A stretch of DNA of 64,000 bases from Marsupella aquatica (GCA_973895155.1 OZ316898.1:19355292-19419291); one strand, 5' to 3'. Shown: positions 31,210-46,000, counted from the first letter of the stretch. Notes: a model not told the origin generated them from the letters alone. Made by a program: numbers and translations.

Positions 31210-31540
31210 GGTAGCAGTAGGGGAACCCTGGTTCAATTGCTGAGTGCTTAGTATGAAGCGAGTACCACCCAAGAAATGTGAAGGTGGATATCCGTTTATG
31301 ACATCTTGGTGCATCTGGGACTAGGGAGCCGGTGCTCATGGAATAGGGCCCTAACAGATATTGTACAGTACTCTATAAGGTAACAGTAGGGGAACCCTGG
31401 TTCAATTGCTGAGTGCTTAGTATGATGTGAGTACCACCAAGAAATGTAAAGGTGGATATCCGTTTATGACATTTTGGGTGCATCTGGGACTTGGGAGGCG
31501 GTGCTCATGGAATAGGGCCCTAACAGATATCGCACAGTGC
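31210..31540. repeat. ~169-bp tandem duplication
   Basis: GT(A)GCAGTAGGGGAACCCTGGTTCAATTGCTGAGTGCTTAGTATG..GGAATAGGGCCCTAACAGATAT x2. Confidence 0.9.
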
Positions 31541-34500
31541 TCAACATGGGCATATTATTGGGTTTTGTGCTCCTCTCCAGCAGATAAGGCAATCTAATTG
31601 TTAAGTGTTTTAGAAATCCTTGTTATGCTATTCTCGGAAATCAAATAGGGTTTCCACTCATGTCACTATGATTTCCAGGGTTGGCACGAGCTGATTCTGT
31701 GCCATGAACGAATTCCAAGTAAGTTGTAAAAGAGGGGAAAGAGGGTGCTTATGGAATGACTTGTCTGGGTGGGCCATGACTCAAAGTTATCTTGTCCTTT
31801 AGCTGTGATGACAAGTTAAATTTGAGTGGCAACAAGTTTTGCAGCACAATGGCAGGGCATTGGTATGCAAGATATGGGACACAACAGAAAACCTATTAGA
31901 GAAGCGATGAGTGAACCCTACTAAGTACAGTCTACTGCACAGTATGGGCCCTAAAATGAATCAAAGGGGCCAGATGCAGTAGGGCCATGTAGTTTTCTTT
32001 AGTTTATTTGTATATTTTAAACTAGGTGCATCTAGTTGGACCGGAGCAAGTGGTTGGAGTGGAGGGGGGGCGGAGTGGGGTCACCTTGAGCTTCAATGAT
32101 CTAAATAATTCATCCTCCACAAAACATTTGATGGAGCTCATGGTGGAGCCATGTCCATGGACAGTTGGGGACTTGGGACTTGGGACTTTGCGCTGGGATG
32201 GACAGAACCTAACTGCCGTACCTTTAGTGGAAGGAAATAACTCTAGAACCTCTAGCCTGCTGGCCACTCATACATTGTGGTGACATGAGGAGAATCCCAC
32301 GTCCATTAATTTGTGGCTAGCACAGCTTCTGTACTTGGTGGATAATGCTTCCATTTCTTCGGCTTTGCTTCATGATTGCACTCTCTGCACTCTATACGAA
32401 GCTAAGTCTATGTCGAAGCTCGGTGTGAAGCTAAGTGTATGTTGGAGCTAAGAACTGTTGTTGCATCCAACACAGGAAAGTGGAAAAAGTACCAGTTCAC
32501 CTAAAAGGACCAAATAAAGTGCACGGGAGAAAGAGTTTCAAAGAGGACAAATACGAAACATACTAAAGTGGCAAAACATGTATTTGTACAGTTTGCTTTA
32601 GTTATAGCATGGCTGTAGTTATGGTTGACAAGCTCAAAGTCCCTCTGTCACACATAGAAATGTCCAGGTGAGGCACAAAATATCGAGGTGGAAGCAAGGA
32701 AATTATCAAGGCATCTTATGCGTCATTGATGTAAGGGTATGTCTTCAAGGCAAGGAAGACATTGAGGCATAGAAGTATCATCAAAGCAAAGGAAGCCATT
32801 GAGGAAAGAAAATGTCACAAAGGAAAGAAAATGTCATGGAGGCAAGAAGTGTCGTTCAGGGAGTTGTTGATGTTGGGTTGATGTAAAGGTGTTGTTGAAG
32901 CAAAACTTAGTCAGCAGCAGCACATGTCAGGTCGGGCCATGTAATCATGTGTTTGCTATTGACCATTTGTCACAAGGGGCAAGATAGGGAGGGATGTGAG
33001 GGCTGTGGATAAAGGAAGGCAGTGGCAAGGGAGGAGGCATTTTATTCTTTTGGCCCCTCTCCCCTCCTCTCTCTCCATTTTCCCCTCCCATCCCCTGTAT
33101 GGACATTGGGCAGGGAGGCATACAATTGTGCAGACAGGGGGGGGGGGGGGCAGCGTTTGGGCAGGCTTTACGAGACTGAGGTCTAGATCCCATATCTTCC
33201 TGCCCACAAATCCATCCATAAACAGATTATGGAAGAGTTTTGGCTGCATTGCATGTTATAGTGTGTAGATTGGATTAGATTAGATACCCTATATGAATAA
33301 AAAGATTGTATGCTCAAGAGCAGGACGTCTATCATCTGTTGGATGGACCTCCTTTTGGTTTTCAAGGTCAAAAATATATAAATATAAGTCCACATAAACC
33401 ACAATGTTTCACAAACAACTTGGATGGACCATCACAACCCTGATGGACTGTTTCCAAACATTACCTTGAATCATTAAAACTTTCATAGACCTTCTGAAAA
33501 TGTTTATCTCTCAGATACCAAGTTTCTTTTGTATTGAATGCTTGCATTTATGGGTGTCAACAGTGCATGCTACTTAGTGACAGAACTTCCTCCCTAATCA
33601 CATGTTCTTGGGAGGGGGGTGTGCCACTTCCACTCCCACCAATGGGAATCAGGTTCTATGCCAGGTTTGAAGTGACTGGCAACTTGTCGAGTTGTTAGGC
33701 ATGTAAACTCGTCACTTGCCGGGCAGAAATCGGCCCAAGTCTGATATTCCCTGTTATTCTCCAGGCTGGGCCGGGATAGGCTGGGACAGGCCGCGGTTGG
33801 GGCCAGGACAGGCCAGGGTTGGCCCAGGGTAGGGTCAGGCCAGTTTGGGGCGGGGTGTGAGCCAGCCGGGGCCGGGACGGTCCGGGTGACGAGTTACCGG
33901 TTGACGGACTCTAAAGCCTCTATTTGTCGGGAAAATCCAAACCCGGGTTCTATGGCAAAACCTGGTGTGTGAGCTCAAAATTTGGTCACTTGTGAGCCTA
34001 GGAAAGACGGTGTGGGTGGGGGGTGGGGGGAGCTTGGCCAGATTTTTTTTCTAGTGGCAGAATTTGGCTAGATTCCACCTATTTTGAAAGTCTCGCTAGG
34101 TTCAGCCCCCACAAGCCACAATCTGACGGTCCCCTCATAAATTAAAGTAGGAAATTAGAAAATAAACATTATTCCTAGCATCTTTTCATTCACATCACGT
34201 GACATTGGCCACTTAATAAAGGAAAAACCTTGAAAACGAGGCTTGTGGTGACGGCACTGAGCAACAAGTACAACACTAAAATAGCCCCGCAACGAGATCA
34301 ACGTAGGGTCAATCCTAGTAAACTTTGGATAGGGATATTAGACCTTTACGTGGGACCATTGTGGGTCAATATATGCAATGGCGAAGATATTAACTCCTCC
34401 ATCGCATGTTGGAAATCTTCCCAACATTCTTGGGGAATGTTTGCTACCACGTCATTTTTTGGATGAAACCAAGTTATAAGTTCAAATGGGATTCCATTTC

Positions 34501-36292
34501 AAATGTTTTGGGGTTCATTTTTTTACGGGATGCATCGAAACTTATGTTTGGATCATAATAATATGCATTGTATGGAAAAACAAAGAGTATTTTGGCGTCC
34601 CATCTACATTCATAGCTTGTTCAGGGTTTAGGCCAAGCTTATGGCTCCAAAGAAGATAAAGAAAGTAATTGCCTCAAAAGGGAAAAGAAATCAATTGTCT
34701 TGTCTTGTCTTGTCTTGGAGCGTGGGAAACGGATCCAAGAGGTCGGACTCCAAGGCACAGGGCTCCCAAAGGACTTGCTGTACTTAAATAAGCACCAGCT
34801 ACACCTAACAATAATTATTCTGCACATTTGGCAACCAAAAAGTGTCGTTAGCGCTTAGGGACCAGCCACACCTAGCAATTAATTGTGCACAGGTTACAAC
34901 GAAAGGATGTCCTTAGCACTTTTGGGGTCTGGAATACCTCTACACACTAGATCAATGATATGTACCCCAAAAGAAAACAACTACTGTATTGCTTTCCAAC
35001 TGGTTAAACAAGGGCAATTTGGTCTTGTCAACATGGCAAATGTTTTTTTAAAATTGAATAGCATTTTTATTGCGTCTCGATTTGGGATGAGACAACAGTT
35101 GGGGAAGGCAACCGTGGACCTGAGCAAAGCTAGGACAGACCCCCTTCTTTCCATCATTTCAATTGCAATTTGTATCTCAACTTTTCCAAGTCATGTGGGA
35201 AGTTGAATAACAAAATCCTTGAACATCATACAAACTTGAGTACATTGCAATCTCATAGGCAGTGCACCTATTTGGAAAGCTTTCTAAATAATCAATTCAT
35301 GATCGAGTTGACAACCTCTGTAGGTAGCTTTTGGCATCTCTTTTTGGCATAGCCAGCCAGGACCACCTATCCTATGCTGAGGTGAAGGATAGTTACTAAA
35401 ACACATGCCCATCGGAGATGAGTGCATTGACCCATTCTTGACTCAAGATTGAGGTCCCAAGGGGTGTCCTTCTCGTTCCCGGTGGCGAGGCAGCTCCTGT
35501 CTGGTCTCTTGGTTGGCCCCTCAGTTGTCTTATTTGGGTCTTGCTGGTCCTCGCTGTGGGTCCCTTCAAAATACATTTTGTTGCACTATCCCTTGACTTA
35601 AAAAGAAAAAGGTGAGTACGGAAAGCACCCAAGAACGACTTGTGGCTGTATTTTAAGGGTTTAACCTAGTGGGGTTTTAACTTAGTGTACATTTCAGAAT
35701 ACCACTTGTGATCCTCATTTAATTCAAAATGCACATATAGATCAACTATTTTAATTTATAGAAGATGTACAGTATGTGACTTCTTATCTTAGGGTTCATA
35801 AAACCTTGGTCAAAAGTAATGTGAGAATATCTATTTTGGATAGCACATGGTGCCTCTAGTTTTTTGTAGGTAAACCCCCTAGATGGATCATGGAGCGTAT
35901 TGGTGGATAAGGTGAAGAGAGAAACAAATTCATCCAAACCAGAAGATTCTAGAGAGAGTCGACAGTTTGGTTTGGCAATGGGCATGTGGTGAATTCCCAG
36001 GCGAGGCGGACAATAAGTTGGTGGAGAGAAGTCAGGGTCTTGCCAGAAGAAACCCTGGACCACTACACAGTGCTCTTAATAACGTATATCTTGTTAGCAA
36101 CCAAGGGCCCTCTTTTCACTCTGCCCTGGCAGAAGGGTAAGGCTGAAAGTTTCTTCCTGGCTACTAAAACTCTCATATGACTCCACATGGAGGCCCACCA
36201 TCACTCTTTTTTGTTGTTTTTTAATACCACCAATCTTGGTTGAACAGAGGAAAGCTTCACGTTATTTTCGAGCCTTATGAGACACTCCAGTA

Positions 36293-36458
36293 CACTCTAC
36301 AGTGCCTCTCCAACTTCACGCAAGAAACATCCTACTTTTACGAGGAAAAGCCTCTCTACAGTGCCTCTCCAACATCCCACCAAGAACATCCCTCACACAA
36401 GAAAGCTCTGCACATGCAGTGCCTCTCCAACTCCCCTCAAGAACACCCTCTCTAGAAC
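36293..36458. repeat. ~60-bp degenerate tandem repeat x3
   Basis: CAGTGCCTCTCCAAC..CAAGAA(A)CA occurs three times. Confidence 0.8.
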
Positions 36459-37659
36459 ACACGTGTAATGATGATGCTTGAACACTTTTTGTGAGACTTG
36501 TGTTTCAATCTGGTGGAGAGGAGACGAGTTACCTCTTAGTCCATCATTATGCTCAAACATCTTGATTGACTATGCTAACCTAACATGTTGAATGAGCGGA
36601 TCTGCTGTTTGTCTCAAGAGAGTCTTTTAAACAGAGACGTCAAGTAAATAGGTAACACTTCTGAGACAGACAGAGATTTCTCAATAAAGACATTCTTTTC
36701 ATGAATTCAAAAAGAAAAGGAAAATAAGAACAAGTTGAATTAATTTTTCTACTTCCCAAGGCATGAACTCAGATGAAATCTCTACCCAAACCATTGAACT
36801 CAGTTGATATCACAAAATGCTATGCGTGTGAAAATTAAGGTTTTTAACTTTCAACTCATATCATTCTAGTTAAAATGCATGTTTTATGGATTCTTTGCAA
36901 ACTTCAGAAACTTATGAAGACAAACGGTTGGGGAGGTGAACCTGTAGGTAAGCTCCTATTTTCCCATAGAGAAGTATTATGCTAGACCCAGAAAATTTGG
37001 GTGGAAAAAAGATCCTCTATTCTGTCCACAGTATATGTGGCAAATTCCTAATTGACAAACTAACACAGAGGTATGGTACCTAATCCACACATCCAAACCC
37101 TAAACAACCCCCCCTAAGCCACACATACCTAAACCCTAAACCCACACATCCAAGCATTATACACCATCGCATATGCTATGTAGTCAAGCGGCTTGTATCC
37201 CATTGCGAGCCTCATATCCAAATAGCATGCCTTGTCACATATGTCATGTTAGTCCCATCACAATAGTTTTGAAATTTGGAAGGTAGTCTAATTTTAACTG
37301 TGCTGCTCCATAGAGATAAAGTCTAGCTTTGAAATTTTATGATTTGTAAAGATCACTAACCCAATGGTAGTGTGTTGGGGGGCGGGGCAAGGCGGAGGGC
37401 ATGCAGGGAGGGATCTAATGGTGTTAATTGTTTTCCAGCACATGGCCAGCATTTCTTCCTGCCAATGACATCTAGTAAACAGATGTTTGACAATGACATT
37501 TTGTAAACAGACAATCTATTAGAATGTGCAGGATGGGATATTATAGTGTTTGATAAGTGAGCTCAATTTTTTGCTGATTGTAATCTACATCACAAATTCA
37601 GCTGGCCCGTTCTAACACAGACCTATTTTGTCTTGTCAAATACTTATATTTTACAACAT

Positions 37660-38030
37660 AAACAGAATTTGTTTAGGGGTTGATTTGACTACGGTGGGGA
37701 TTGATTGAATACAAAGATGGCATTTCCTCCATCAAGGTTACTACTCAAAACTCTACAAGCAATGATCAACCAAAAAACAAAAGTTCTTTACCACTTCTGG
37801 TTCTCACAACGGCGTAAATTACACTGTCAACAGAATTACAACATAAGTAGAATATTTTAGGGGTTGATTTGACCACGGTGGGGATTGATTGAATACAAAG
37901 ATGGCAGTTCCTCCATCAAGGTTACTACTCAAAACTCTACAAGCAATGATCACCCAAAAAACAAAACGTTCTTTACCCCACTTGTGGTTCTCACAACGGC
38001 GTAAATTACAGTGTAAACAGAACTCTACAG
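37660..38030. repeat. ~184-bp tandem duplication
   Basis: TTTAGGGGTTGATTTGAC..CTCCATCAAGGTTACTACTCAAAACTCTACAAGC..CTCACAACGGCGTAAATTACA x2. Confidence 0.9.
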
Positions 38031-40078
38031 CGTAACGACAGAAGGCACAAGAACACGCTACTCTTATTGGCGCTTGACTGACTGACCGGGACCGCGGCCC
38101 CGGGCCCGGCTCGAATTTGTCGGGTCGGCCGGGAAATGACCGGCCCGGGAATCAGTCCGCGTGGCAAAGTTCACGGGTGAGGTGTCCCGCACATTCCGGG
38201 TGTTTTCTAGACGGACATGCTTACAGTACCGGACAGGCGGACAGGAGTAAGTGTATCCGGTCCGGGACGACAGCGTACAGTAGCGCTGGTGAGCGTATTT
38301 TACGTACGGAAAAGTATGCGGGAGAAGATACGGTACCGCATTTAGTGCCGCATTCATTATCCGGCTCTGGTCGTCCTTCTGCGCTTCTGCTTCGACTGCT
38401 CCGGAAAGCTGCTGCTTCTTCTCCTCATAATAATCTCATCGCTCGAGCCTTCTGAAATTCTTCTTCTTCTCCTAGTTCTTCGCTTCCTGTGTCGTCTTGA
38501 TGGCCTCCTCCCGCGCAGCACGAGCTTTTCATTGCTCTCCGCTTGAAAATTGAGCACACGAGCACGGTAGCAGGAAGGAAGGCAGAAGCTGAGGCACACC
38601 AGTACTGAGAGCACTGATGAGTGGACCGAACGAGCGAGCTAGCGGAACGCAATCACTCAACTCGCTCACTAGTGAAGGAGGACGACGGAGGTGTGGGAAG
38701 GTCTCGTGGGGTGTTGCGGAACTGGACTGATTGATTGATTGGTTGACTGATTGGGTTGATTGATTGATGCATGGACGAGCTTTATTGATGGATGGATGGA
38801 CCTAGTGATACTGAGGACGCCGATATGACTGGGAGCGGAGAAGCTGCTGGTCGGTAATACGGATGGTCGCCCATCAGCTCCGGAATTGAAGGAGCAAGCT
38901 GGAGCCTGGAGAATGGAGTCGTGTGGCGAGGGCGGGACGAAGCCAACGAAGGTGGTGAGGAGGTGGCGAGTGTGATAGACTCGTTCGTTCGTCGAGGTGG
39001 CCGAGCCCAGTCTTGGAATGATGGTCATGGGGGCAACGGCGCAGGAAAAGGTGTGGGTTTTTTTTGTTTAATAAACATATTTCTGCTAAAGAACGTTGAG
39101 CTCTCCGGGACCGATGGGTATGTTCCTGAATAATGTCAGCAGATCAGCAATAGCAGCAGCGACTGACGAGCTCGAACTCCAGCTTCTCATTATTAGAAGT
39201 GCATGGCTAGGAAAGGAATCCTCGACTGACCGTGCGTGCCAAGGCACATTGGGATCAGTTTGAAACTCGACGGTAAGGTGTGAATTAAACGGGAGGCTGC
39301 CCGATCACCCGCAAGGATCCAAGGATCGAACTCTTCGTTTGCGTTGGTGTGGTGCAGCCATGGAGCTGTTGCTGGCTGGCTGGATGGCCCCGTCGGTGGG
39401 TGACACTAGGAAAATTATAAGCATATATTATATACTGTAGATGATTCACGAAAGCCTCACGTGGGACCACAACCCTGCTTTTTAGACGTCACACCTTCAC
39501 TTGGCAATTGATCGAGGTTTGGCGGCACGCTGCTGGTCAAACCCATTGCGTCTCTCGAATTGGGGCGATGTGTGTGTGTGTGTGTGCCTCGACAGTCGTG
39601 CGGTAGAGCTAGGGATAGGATGACTATTGATGATCACCCTCGACTGTAGAATCATTTCGAGAGTCACGTTCAACGACTCGGGAAAAGACCAATGCACGCA
39701 AATTGGATTATGTCAATCGCCTTGGCGCATCCCACTCTTGGACTCAAGTCAATGTGGTCTGTGGTCTTACTATATTTGTTTGTTGGTGTCCATCCTGAGA
39801 CCACCCGGCATCTCGATCTCGCTTGATTTTGATCCTGAGTTCCTGACACTTTGCTGTTCCGCTCTCCTACCAAATGTACCACAACGCGAACAAAGCTCCA
39901 GTCTCGACAATGCTAGCTGATAGCTGTGTAGTCTGCTTTATACATATTTTCCGTGGTGAGACTCATCTAGAGGGAATTTGCTGGAGAACTCGATGCTGTA
40001 CTGAAAATGGCTGTCCGTTCGATTTCGCGCTCACATTCCGGTGAATTTTTCTACTTTCCCGTGCAGGTGACCGAGGAA

Positions 40079-43000
40079 ATGGCGCTGATGAAGATGGCGT
40101 CGTTTAGCAAAGTGCAAGACGATCTTTTGCCGAGGAACTTCTCAATTCTGTTCCCAATGCCGGATGGCCTCTCCAGTGATGGCCAGGAGCCAGCGGCGCC
40201 TGCCACTGGAAGGCATTCTCGATCACTCAGGTAATAAGAAGCTCTCAAAGGTAACAACACCGTAAGACAATAATTAGATAACGAAAGTTCGGGGCTCTTG
40301 TTCGCAAAGTACCATTTCCTTCGCTCGTGCGAACCGACAAACCTCGACGGGAGTGTTGATGCGAAGAACGCAATGATGACCTCTAAGTTACGGTTTGTTC
40401 CTGCCTCACGATATCCAGGTTCGCTCATGTCGTGCTAAACATCGGAAACCAAGCCGGGCCAACTGAAAAGGGATCACACACAGATATTTAGCTTGACAGG
40501 TACCGCTGGAATAATTACCTCCACCTTAATACCTTCGATGAGCATTGGAGACATTCCCTTTCATTTCAGGACATCGAGAGAATGGAAGGAGCACACGTAC
40601 CGACAGAGAGCGACCCCTTCCAGACTTCCATTGGCTGGGGCGGATGTCAATTTTCCCGTCTCTTTTCATCCAATGTCAATTAATTTCTCAACGAGAAGGC
40701 ACTCGAGTGGAAGAGCAATAGGGTAGGGAAGACGTCGTACTTGTGCCCCGGAGGCGACCTTGCTGGCAAAGGTCGATGTTGTCAATGCTGTCTTCACATT
40801 CCTCCCCCGTGGTTGTCGTTGTACTTGGGGTTGGCTGTGTGTACCCAATGTACGATAACCTTTGGTGCCGGAGAGGACACAGTCATATTCTGCCGCGATG
40901 ACAATGCTATGTAGAGAGGTTGCTGGGGCTCGTTCGCGGGAAAGAGGATTGACTCATCAGGGCTTGCAACTGAGCTGGGATGTCAAAGCGAATGCTGACC
41001 GCCCCTTTGCTGTAGTTTCGCAGTCTATGTTCAGAGGCTAGAGAGACCAATGTGCAGCCTCTCACTGTAGGTTTAAGGCTACTAGGAAGACCAATGTGGA
41101 ACCATTGAGAGGTCTCTCTGTTTGCAGAATGTCATGACCTGAGTGTGGGTTGTTTCTCTTCGGTTTGGTTGGACTCTAAGGAAGGGGAAGGAGCTACGAG
41201 ACGAGCTAGCAGCTTAGAGTAGAGACTGCTTCTTGATCCCTAGCGTCGAACCATGCTCACTGCAAGCTGTAGGCTTCACAATGGGCACGTGATGTTGCAT
41301 CCGAACGAGTCGAAATCGCTGGGTTCCGGGTCCAGTCACATGTACAAGCTGAGAGAGTCTTTCTCAGGATTCTATGTGTAATGAGCCATCTTTTGGCAAC
41401 TTCTGCATTGGCGATTGTTGTAAGCATTAGAAATTGGCCGGCTAGTCAAACCTATTGTTCGCAAGAGATGATGTCCTGATAGACCTTGCCACTAACACTA
41501 ATGCTGTATGTTCTACTCCTAGGAACGCTATCCGTAGCTAGTATCTACTCACATAGGAAGGAGCATTCTGCTGATACATGCAATAATCGATTGAACGAAT
41601 TATGGAATTAAATGTTGACCCTGACATTGTGATGCTATCTGCTGTGTACTGGAACGAAATTTGTTTATTCCTTCATGCTCACGATGGAAACGAAAGCAAC
41701 AGAAAGAGTTGTCTGCTGCATTGTCCCCACAAAACTTGGAATGCGTAGAGTTCTGACAGCCCGTTGAGCATCTTATGGACATCTCTCAATTTGTTTGCAC
41801 TGATATGTAATTGTGTGTATTTCAGTGCCCCAGCGGAAGCTTCTAGCGTGCCTGTATCCGGGGATCTTTCGCCTACTGCATTCCAGCATGTGAAGGAGGT
41901 ATATTTCTCTCACTGCATTGGTCATTGGATTTCCGAGCTCCTCTTGTCTGTCATTTGTGTTGTTCATGTCGCGTCGAGGCACATGTCTTATAAGTGAGAG
42001 TTTTCGTTAAATTGTGGCGCTGAACCCTCCCTAACAGAATTGGAGCGGCTGGAAATGGAAGATGATGAAGAAGAACAACGGAGACAAGAAGAAACGAGCC
42101 CTCTACGACCGCAGAATCGCTCTGGAAGAAGATGTAAGCACCTCACTTATCCACTACTCTGAACAGCTTTTCTGCTCATAAACTGTGGACATCTTGACTC
42201 CAGTGACTTTCGGTTTCCTATGGACTAATTCTAATTCTGTTGTGTACTAACTGGCGGACCAAATTTCACATCCTCCTTTTGAAGCACTCTTATGCCTCCG
42301 TTAGCTCTCAGCTTTGTGTATGGCGTCTAAAGTCCTGAAGCTGTACCAGGTTGCGCACTTGCAAACTCAGCTGACGACAGAACGGGCAGTACGCCTGGGG
42401 TTGGAGAGGGCTTTGGGCCACAACAACACGGCGTCTGCCTCTTCTTCTTGCGAAATTCCGTTGTCTACTTATTCCCCAAAGGTCAGTATCACGGGCAATG
42501 GAGACTCGACTGATTCGCCGATTACTTTGTTCATCTCCTGAGAAGCGTCTTTAGTTTCTTCGTAGACTGCACTCCCTTGAGATTGCGATAGATGGTAGTC
42601 GGCCGATTAGTGGCATTGGAACCGTCCTGGTTATCTTCTGTGAGATCGGAGAAAGTCGTGGTCTCGCATGAAGTCTCACTCTCGTCAATACTCCGTCTTT
42701 GGTGGGGATTGTTCATCAGGCGAAGGAGCTCATCACAGAGATCGCAAGCCTAGAAACAGAAGTGGCAGGCCTGGAGCAACATGTCCTGTCGTTGTACAGA
42801 AAGGTTTTGGACACTCAAATCTGTCCATCAACTCCGATTCCATCAGGACAACCAGAAGGTCGAACGAGTGTGACTTGCCCTACCACTCCTGCTCCGGAAC
42901 CTGAAAGTGCTGCGCCCTCACCACCACCACCGCCGCAGCCACGTCTATTCTCTCGGATCTCTCTCAAGCGGAAGAGCAATGCTCTGTCCGCGTCCCAACA

Positions 43001-46000
43001 TCGTCGAAATGGGTCTACGCCTGGAACTCCGAATAATGAGCCGGAGGACAAATTAGTGTTGACCTCTAGCGCCACTCAGACCAAGTCTAGGCATGTTTCT
43101 CTGCTCGGAGGAGCATTCAACTGCATCGATGGAAGCTCAGCGGACGAGATACCAACAACATCACAGCAACTCATTCTGCCACCACTTGTATGTGCTCACT
43201 CCACCCACTGACCCTCATGCAGAGCTGTTGTTGTTTTGAGACATTTCTCAATACCATTAATTCGGTTGGGAATGCCTGTTACCGCTTCTTAGTTCGGTAC
43301 TTGAGCTCGTTGCATTTCTCGTTGACTGTCTTCAGATTCAGGAACCCCCCAGTCTGCCAGAAGCAGCCAGAGTAGAGGTGCAGCTTCGATCATCGTCTCG
43401 TGACAGTGCTCGTGAATGTTCTCGTGAAAGTACTGATAAGGTAAGCTCCCTCTGAATTCCCGAGCTTGAGATTGTTTGGCTTAATACGTTATATTGCCTA
43501 TTGCCTATTGCCTGGTCCTCCTTTGCCTCTTGGGCTTCGGACTTATCGGTTCATTGAAAGGTTCCCATCCCCATCTCTTTATCCTAGAGGAGACTACTTT
43601 TCTTCAATGATCTTGTGAGACTTCGGTTTGACACTATGATTTACAAAACTCAGATTATTGGTGATCTGAAGCTGATGAATGCGTGATTGACTCGATTTAT
43701 CAGGAGCATTTGTCGCAGGAGCTACTGGATGTCACGCTACTTTCAGCACCTCTTCCTCTTCTGACGTATCGGTCTCAATCTGCACCCGCGTCCCGACCAA
43801 CGTCCGAGGGGGGGTCCGGGAAGTTGTACCCGGAGAGTCCTCGAATCTATCCCGGGAGCCCCAATCGGCTGTCCGAAGAGTTGGTTCGCTGCATGGCTGC
43901 CATTTACTGCAAGCTCGCTGACCCTCCACTCTCCCAGAGCTCTACTCCCATATCTCCTGCATCATCCTCTTCGTCTTCTGCTTCGTCTACCACGACCACG
44001 TCCTCTCCTCGTGGGTCCTCTAGCGATAGCTGGAGCCCCAAATGGGTGCGAGGGGCCGACTGCTCTTCCGAGGTCTTATCTCTCGTAGATCCCTTCCAGT
44101 TGAAGGATCGGAAGGGAGACGTCATCGGATCTTACCACTCTGCAGTGGAAGTACCTTGGATCTGTGTTGATAAAGATCGTCTCAACTACGCGGCTCGTGC
44201 ACTTAGAAACTTTCGGTAAGGTTTGTCACATTAGGATCCAAGTAGGTGATTGATTGTCGTTTGCTGTTGCATCACTGTGTAGGGCGACCCCTTTGCTCAC
44301 TCTGCTACTTGATCGTGAGGTTATTTTTTTTTCATCGGATTCAGCTCGATGGTGGAACAGCTGGAGCAAGTCGACCCAGGCCTTATGAAGCACGATGAGA
44401 AGATGGCATTCTGGACCAACGTCTACAACGCGCTCATGATGCATGTAGGTGGATTTTTCCCCTGTTTCCATTTCTATTTGTTGGACAGATACGTTGTCCT
44501 TCGGACTCACGGGTACAACAGGTAGAGAATCAATTTCCATGTCGTGAACAGACGAATTTTCTGTCGGTCTCTCGAATAGAAGCAATGGGAAACCTTAGGA
44601 AATCAAATTTGCCGCTGGTTGATACGGAAATTGTACGTGGAGTGCTTAACAACTTCGAGATAATCCCTCTTAGCAGCAGCGACTGAATATCTGTAATGCC
44701 CGAGTGCGAATTTTTTATTCCCCGGTGTACAACACAATACCATTTCAATTTGATTGTGCGAGGCTTGGTTGTGGATATATTACATTGATTGGGGGAGCAG
44801 CAGGATCGAAGTGATGGTAATCATTGCAGCGTCCGTCGTTCTGACAAAAGCTTACTTCTGTAAAGGCTTTACTCAGATCAAGAGATCACTGTCTCGCACC
44901 CTCTTTTAGTTCCATAACGCTCTGTCCTTGCGGCCTTTGCAGTTCGCACTTTGCAGCAGTAGTCAGCCGCCTTTAGCAGTGCGGAAGTTAAGTAGCTGGG
45001 TCTCTACGTTACACTGCCATTCGTGCAGATGCCCGAATGAAGAGTATTCTTGTTTCTGCTCGGTTGATAAGGTTTTAAATTATTGCACTGAAAGCTCTCG
45101 TCCTTCCTGCTTTTCCTCCCCATTTTCCGCTTCAACCAATCGTCTACATGCTCACGTCGTCGTTCATCGGATTTAAAGATCGTCGTTCATCGGGCCCCAC
45201 ACAAAGATGACTCAAAATCTATCTCCAGCTGTGGGATGAGAATACAGAAAGAGACCACAGTCGTTGTGTAGAAAGGAGAGATGCGGGTGATCTAATAGCT
45301 CAAAAGATGTACAGTCATGATCTTTTAGCTCAAAAGAGATGTACACAATCATGATCGTTTAGCTCGTGATAGTTTAGCTCAAGAGAGACGGAGCGTTTCT
45401 GAGGTTCGTCTAGTCTAGACTCGGGCAAGAGCCACGGAGTAAAACTTCAGTGAGCAGTCAGCACGGTATGGTTTTACCTACCCTCGAAGGTTACGATTGT
45501 AAGCGAGTTTTGGACTTGCAATCAATCGGGTCTCTGCGACTCGTTGGGACGACAGCAAAAGCTGTCCCCAGTCTTTTATCCTTGCTGACCGAAGCTAAGC
45601 GGTAGTCCATCTTTCTTCCTGTTCTAGACGATGGAAGGCACGATTGTAGACTGATGGCTGGCAATCAATCCGGTCTACATGCAAGCGTTTGGACAACAGC
45701 AGAAGTGGGCCCTCGGTCTTTTATTGGCGAGCACACGGACATGATTGTCACCCGTACGTGAATTTATCGCGTGGGCTGGTCGCCCTTTTCCGTTGGGAGG
45801 CTTAGAGATTGAGCTCGATCATGCATGTTGAGCTTTCCTTTCACAGGCATTGTGGGGTCTCTCGTGGGGCTGGCTGGGCCAAAGACCTTTGCGGTTACTT
45901 TGCGAGACCCGACCCCATTTTTTTGGAGTTGATCTTTTCAATTGGTAGGGCCATCTTCGTCGAACCGCTCGAGGGGGTCTAGCTGGTGGTGGTGATTTCC

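Noticed and set aside
34860-36200. Short ORFs suggesting a decayed retroelement
   Set aside because: No RT, integrase or endonuclease motifs identifiable.
38064-39133. GC-rich ORFs upstream of the DUF547 gene
   Set aside because: Low-complexity translations; more consistent with a promoter and long 5' UTR carrying CT- and TGAT-microrepeats.
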